DNA of 36,646 nucleotides from Catajapyx aquilonaris (Eukaryota): NCBI GenBank assembly GCA_000934665.2, contig JYFJ02003900.1, positions 1 to 36,646 of the forward strand, read 5' to 3'. Shown piece by piece: positions 10,602 to 36,646 of this stretch (position 1 is its first letter; each line of letters starts with the position of its first letter). The notes under the pieces were generated by a model. It saw only the letters and a program-made list of their open reading frames with translations, ran no database searches and was not told where the DNA came from. The position numbers and the translations under genes were made by a program.

Positions 10602-11419
10602 TTATAAGTCAACCGTTTCTACTGTGGTTTCATCATCAACAAACACATTCTCATAATTCGCCACAGGTGGCGAGTCCACCTGAATATGAACATCTTGACC
10701 CATGCCACCTGCATTGATCAGACTCACTACGTATGATTCCCCAGGATCATCCTCGTAATCATCATCACCATCGTAATCGGTGTCATCGTCATCCTCCTCT
10801 TCAGCGCTTTGATCGGGTGCCACCTGTACAAAAAACACCTTTCCCGGAGCCACTATGTCTTGTGCAACATATGACTTGTCCAAATCCCGTTTTTGAAGTG
10901 ACCTGCTGGTATGGACCGGAGGTTGAGGACTGACATAACCTTCCTGCTCCACCTCGTCATACCGGTACCTCTTTTTCAATTGTGGAGAAATGGTGGGACG
11001 CTGGATCTCGCGCACCCCTGGAGCCGGAGGAATGGGCCGAGTAGACGGCTGGTTGACGTGACGGTACACTCCAGCAGATGGAGAAATGGGAAGAGGCTGG
11101 TGTGTCAAATGAGGCGGAGGGCACACGCTGCAGATGGGGACAACCCTTTGACCCTCGTAGTGAACGTTAGCACGCACTTGAGTCACTTGCCTGCTGGGCC
11201 CGGCATTGCTACCTATGGGTGCAGGTACAGTATCATACAATGCGCTTGATGACAAACGGCGGTTCACCACGGGAACATGACATTTGTTGCACAGATAATA
11301 TTTACTGACAATAAATAAGTTCAATAGGCCTACTCACTCAGCCGATAGTGTGATTGCTGCAGGTCATAGGTTGACATACTGTGAACGACAAGCAGAAATA
11401 GAGGTAACATCCTCATCAT
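10602..11419 (-). CDS. Uncharacterised secreted protein, ~230 aa (signal peptide, Pro-rich middle, Asp/Glu-rich C-terminal part), 2 coding exons
   Basis: Exon 11419-11338 (MMRMLPLFLLVVHSMSTYDLQQSHYRL, donor GTGAGT, phase 1) joins exon 11212-10602 (acceptor CCTGCACCCATAG) in the longest ORF of the window; ATG is immediately preceded by acceptor TTTTTAACTTTCAG, with a matching upstream donor AAG/GTAAAT (intron 11515-11420), implying a 5' UTR exon. Confidence 0.72.
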
Positions 11420-12502
11420 CTGAAAGTTAAAAATACCATAAATATATGATCGATTCTAGTTTACACAAAAGTCGTGCAATATTCCACGAGTCGGTGTATG
11501 AATCAAGGAATTTACCTTGGAGAGAGTACGCACACACACTCTGTCCACCACTCACCACCTAACTGAAGGTGTGGTAGATAGGCCAAGTCAGAACTTTTTT
11601 CAAAATCTGTACATGTATGACTAAAATAATGCGCACATTATGCATTTCTCTGTCTAATGCAGGAGTACAGGACAAGAAAAAAAATACACGCAATACTTCT
11701 TATAGCAGCTCGTATTGTCCAAGTTTCATAATGATAGACTATTTGGTACAGTACAAATGCAATCAATATCAGTAAAGCCAATTCAGTAAATGAGCAAAAT
11801 TCACAATTATTAACTTGTAATGATTATTAAGTACCGTATAATCTAGTTCAATCTACTAAAATTATGATAACATTCAGACAGATATAGACGATAATCCTAT
11901 TTTTTTAAACTTGAAACGTTTCTGTGATTTTTTCCCTCCCACTTTCAGTTTTAGATTCTTCGGATCCGCAAAAAGTGTCCAAATTTCCGCACACCGAGGT
12001 CAAATACACGGTCAAGCAGCTGTGAGGTAACGGTACCTGCACTACAATGGTCCTTCACGTCAGGAATGAAACGTAGTTCTTCGGAGACGTGCACATACAG
12101 TATTAATTATTACTTCATTACATTTTTGAATTAGTGTGGGGGAAATATTGAAAGGTCCATTAACTTCACATATGGGGCCGTCAGCCTGGTCTTTAAAATG
12201 CTAACAATTTCTCTAACAATAATCAAGATAGTCCTATACGACCCATAGGCAGCAACCACGCAGGCAGACAATTAAAATTGTGACAGAGCCTATACTGTAG
12301 GCCTATTCTGTAATTTTTTACCACTCTCATGTTGGGTAGCAGTGTAAGGGATTAAGGGAAGATACATTCCCCTTTGTTTGAATTTTTGAATTTGCATTTT
12401 TTAAATATTGTTAATTAACAATTTTTTTGATTAGTCACATGGCTCGATCCATTTGCCAAAAATTAACCAACTGCAGCTTCTCAGTTCATGCAATTTAATT
12501 CG

Positions 12503-12504
<2 letters not shown>

Positions 12505-12551
<47 letters not shown>

Positions 12552-12553
12552 TT
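12505..12553. repeat. (ATTT)n-type microsatellite
   Basis: Run of TATT/TATTT units. Confidence 0.9.
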
Positions 12554-12678
12554 ATGATCTCATTTTAGTCAGACATCATCATCAAAAACTGTGCTGATTA
12601 AGGTGATTTGGTTGTTATCGAGGTGCAAATAAATTCCGGCTTATGAATTCAGTCATTTTTGTGCCTCTATGCCGAGCC

Positions 12679-13028
12679 CAAAGATTTCTGCTACATATAT
12701 AACTCTAACTGCTAAGAAAAAGTGATGCCAGTTTGTGCTAGGGGATTGTGCCAGTCGCCCAAAGCAAAGATGGCGGCTTTGGGCGACTTGGATCGATCTG
12801 CCGTGGTGGCCTGTACGTATAGTTGGGCATCTACAAGGGATGCCCCGCGCCCCTGGAAACGTTCCTCTGCGGTCCGGCCCATCAGCACAGGGGCCGCCCC
12901 TACGGCCACTTCTGCTGCCCCACCCAAAGTAACGATGACGCCATCTTTACTTTGGGCGTGATTGGAATCACTCTGCTTGTATGGAAAGGGATAGCGAGTT
13001 ATGTATCTAGATTTCTAGAGTATCTTTG
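12679..13028. mobile_element. P-element-like MITE
   Basis: 8-bp GC-rich TSD GCCGAGCC (12671-12678, 13029-13036); termini CAAAGAT...ATCTTTG; internal inverted repeat CGCCCAAAGCAAAGATGGCG / CGCCATCTTTACTTTGGGCG. Confidence 0.65.
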
Positions 13029-13812
13029 GCCGAGCCGCGCCTTTGGAATATTGAATTCAAACGGGCGCCAGCCAGACAGGGTGACGTCACTTGATGACTA
13101 CCCGCGGATTGGCCAGGGTGGTGATGGCGCTACCTCTTCCTTTCCAGACAATAACACTGTTTAAAAGTTGCAATTTTTAAGTTTTTTAAGATTTTAATTA
13201 AAAGTAAAATAATACGATAATTTTTCAAGTTCGGTACGATGGTTCTCGGACCGAGATTTTCCAACTCTGTTCTCTGTGGTGCGAACCAGGCGAACGGGTG
13301 CGAACGGGTGGGAAGCTGGGAGTGGGAAATGGGAACCGGCAACCGGGAACTGGGAAGCATGGCCAGGCATGGCGCGGCTGGCCAGTCGGATGAGTGGGAT
13401 GACTGCCGATCACGCTCCTGATGGAGCCAGGGAACTGCGGAAGCCCCTGACCTGACCGCCCTCCGGCCACGCACCTGGGCCGCGTTCTGAGTGACTGAGC
13501 TGCGTGTGTGACAACCGGATCAAGACAGACTGCAAGTGTATGTGAGAACCCATTCTGCCGCCTCATTCGTGTGTAACCACAGTTTAATCGTTTACAGGGT
13601 GGTGGTGTTCGCCTGCTGGTGCTCAGAAGAATTCCGTCTGTTAGAGTGGACCAATTTTCTGACACACATACCCACCATTTGGCACTTAGTTCTCTATAAA
13701 ACCAAAAAGGTAAGGAGGGACGAGGTCAAAAATAAGGCAGAACTTGCCAACTTGGGAAGGGAGAAATGGCCAGGCTCCATTAGGCTACTAAGGGGTCGCA
13801 TTACGCACTAGT

Positions 13813-14100
13813 AATAATAATAATTCATACCCCGTTATCAGCCTTTTTTGGCTCTTTAGGGGAGAAGTTTTCTTTTGCCTGGAACTCTTTGCTTTCATTT
13901 TACTGCACTTTTTGGGATGGGATAGGGACAGAAGGAAGCGGCTGTGGCCTGTTAATTACGGAAACAACTCCGGAATTTTCCTGGAAGGACCGTGGGAAAC
14001 CACAGAAAACCACGGTCAGAGTTGCCGGTCCCGGGATTCAAACCCAGGACCTCCCGATTAGCAGTGGGACGCCTTATCCACTATGCCAACCTGCTTCGGT
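13813..14100 (-). mobile_element. tRNA-derived SINE with Deu/Nin-like central domain (family A, copy 1)
   Basis: Minus-strand A/B boxes (TGGCATAGTGG, GGTTTGAATCCC), core GGTTTTCTGTGGTTTCCC...AGGCCACAGCCGCTTCCTTC, (TTA)n tail, 14-bp TSD CATTAC(G/A)CACTAGT at 13799-13812 and 14101-14114; homologous to 22836-23261. Confidence 0.85.
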
Positions 14101-14554
14101 CATTACACACTAGTGATATTAACATGATATGCAGCCCATTTGGGTGCATTTTTATTGGCTGGTATGTCCCTACATTTCTTGCAGAGGTTTAAGCCATGTA
14201 CTGTCTACTCCTTTTTCTTTTTCTGTTGGAACTGGAGCTGGAGCAGAATTTAATTTGAGCCAAATAATTCCAGAAATACTGGCATCCCTAACCCTGTAAT
14301 GCCCCTTGGGTCATAACTGGTGAGTTTGTTTGTCCCTTATAAAAATCCAGGGGAAGGCCCCTACACCGCCTTAAATTAGCATATTGGGGGGTACTTTTTT
14401 CAAGGAATCTAACACCGCTGGTTTCAGCTTCTGAAAATGAACCTAATTCCCACAACACACATATTCCCTAATCTTATTCTCACTACTCAGGCCTCAACAA
14501 TTAACTTATTAACAATTAACAATATGTCCGTTTGCATTCCCATGGAAATGCCTT

Positions 14555-14875
14555 CTTTATATAGCTATTTACCTCCCTGCATCGTACCGCAGGGAGGGAA
14601 CCTTTATTTCGTCTTGATGGAACCTTTTTGACATTGCGCCCGGGCCCACGGGCAGGGTCACTGGGAGGGGATGTGCAAGGTGCAAGTGCAATTCTCAAAC
14701 GGTACATTTTGTGAACTCCCCCGGGTGGATTAGTCTGAGGAGATTCCACCCGAAACGAAGCCAGAGACGACCCAACTCTGCACGAGATGAAGGGGGTGTC
14801 ACCGGGCTGGGATCGAACCAAGGGACCTTAACATCCGTGGGCGCATAAGTTTCCGCAGCGCCACTTCGTCTCCCC
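14555..14875 (-). mobile_element. tRNA-derived SINE (family B, copy 1)
   Basis: Head GGGGAGACGAAGTGGCGCTGCGG...GGTTCGATCCC; aligns over ~250 bp with 24575-24830; approximate TSD GGAAATGCC on both sides. Confidence 0.8.
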
Positions 14876-16304
14876 TGGGAAATGCCCTTATGCAACAATA
14901 CCTAGCAAATTAAACCATTGCCGTAAATTCAACGCATCCACCAATTACGCTAATTGGCCACCTCACGTGAGTTCGTATCTTATGGCAATTCCAGGATTTT
15001 GTGGGATTTGAAAGTAGACTTCCAGACAAAGTAAATACAATTAAATAATACGGTATTTGCAAAATATTACTCCGTGTTGAAAACAAAATTTCCCACCATT
15101 TTTGAGGGTTGACCTATTATTGCATAACACTGCCCAATTATCCCTCCGCTTTCGATCACTTCTGTGTACGTTGACTGACACCATGTTCAACATATGTACC
15201 AGACACTACACATGGGTTTGCTGCTATAAATAAATAAATAAATAACATGTTTTGATAATTACGTATGTAAGTCAAAGTTTATTTGTTTTTTTGTTTGCCC
15301 AAGGCAACAGCATTTTGTTGGTGATTACAATGGAAACAGGCAGTGCGAAGAACGGGCTCCTCTGCTAGTTTGCTCCATAAATGAACAATTAGATGCATAA
15401 GATGCATGGAATCTTCTGTCTTGACTGAACTCAAATACATGGCTTTAGCCATCCCAACACTGGTAGCTGTGATTAGGATATGGAGTAGGGCAGCAGTTCC
15501 CTAACTTTTTGAGTTGCAGAGCACTTTTCAAGAGATATTCGTAACGGAGCACTATCATCGCACACAGGTCAAAAGCACCCATGTGCATTTTTGGCTGCTT
15601 TAACCTACTATTATTTTTCAAGTTGTTTATCAATATTAGCAACACCATGAATTCTTTTGAATTCAAAAGAGCTTAAGTTTTTATCTAAGCTTAATTTTTT
15701 GCTTTGAAAGTCATTAAAAATAGGAACTTTAAATTGTTTTCTCAAAACATCAATTTTTAATGTACAGGTACACCTTATTTTACGCCTTTTCACATGATCG
15801 CCGGTTTCAAAATTACCTTAGGAAAAAATTTTACTCTGAAATTTGTTTAAATCTGAAAATAACAACAACTGACACATAAACCCATCACTGTCAGCCCTTC
15901 TAAGTTAAAACACACTACAGCACTATAGCCAGAATTTAGCCCGCATCCATGGGCAATACCCTGTCTCTTTCCCCCGTGACTGTGAGTGTGAAGCACCTAT
16001 TGGGGCTAGAAATATGCAACGCATACCAAATGAATTCAAGCTCCACCTCGGATGTGACTTTTGCAGGGTGTTGGCTTGTACGTACTTCTTGGTAGCCTAT
16101 TGGAGTATTGGAAGGGCAGCATACCATATGTTGAAATGGTGGACAGCCAGAAATAGTTCATGTAGTACCCGACAAATATCCGCATTAAGATTATGGTAGA
16201 CATTTATGTAGTACTTGGACCTTTTCAGTGCCCAGTGTGGAAATTGAACAAAGATTCAGGGACGTTGTACTGACAAGAGAACCACAACTGACCACTTGTA
16301 GATA

Positions 16305-36335
<20,031 letters not shown>

Positions 36336-36646
36336 GTAAGATGCAAGTGAGGATCACCACATTTCCGCCTTTTGAGGACGAAAAAAATAATATAAGTAAT
36401 GAACATACAGTATCTCTTTGCAATCATAAACCTTTCACATGTAAGGGAGATCAGGGTCAATTGAATCCTCTGGTGACTGGTCAGGCCACACAGAGGATAA
36501 AATTGATGAAATGGATTGGTGAAAAGGATCACATGAATACATACAGACACACAAACACTCACGCTATGTACTATCACGGTCAAAAAGATTGTCGGACTGT
36601 TATGGAATCGTCCGCGACTTTTTCTCCCGCCAATCAGTGTGCCAGG

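Noticed and set aside
11213..11324. N-terminal 37 aa of the 240-aa ORF in the track
   Set aside because: Starts at TTG and lies within a well-defined GT-AG intron; real start is probably 11419.
12712..13811. Cluster of overlapping GC-rich ORFs, with a faint GIY-YIG/Penelope-like impression near 13600-13690
   Set aside because: Explained by GC content and MITE sequence; motif needs several frameshifts, so unsupported.

Overview
Eukaryotic (invertebrate animal, probably arthropod-like) genomic DNA. Three spliced protein-coding genes can be assembled by hand with consistent intron phases: (1) a complete 9-exon SLC17/sialin-like MFS anion transporter (+, 4541-9572, 495 aa, probably with one GC-AG intron); (2) a convergent 2-coding-exon orphan gene for a 230-aa secreted, Pro-rich/Asp-rich protein with dibasic cleavage sites (-, 10602-11419); (3) EME1, the non-catalytic partner of MUS81 (+, 8 coding exons 16305-36335, running off the right edge). 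Intergenic DNA and the large introns are densely packed with non-autonomous DNA transposons (Tc1/mariner, pogo/Tc2-like, Sola2-like, hAT, Kolobok-like, P-like, Harbinger-like), many of them long foldback palindromes and several nested, plus at least three tRNA-derived SINE families and compound microsatellites. No intact transposase, rRNA, canonical tRNA or CRISPR was seen. The most novel-looking items are the orphan secreted precursor-like protein, a covarying two-tier stem-loop shared by the 3' tails of different SINEs, and inverted repeat pairs bracketing EME1 exons. Superfamily assignments rest on termini/TSD rules and were not checked by database search.
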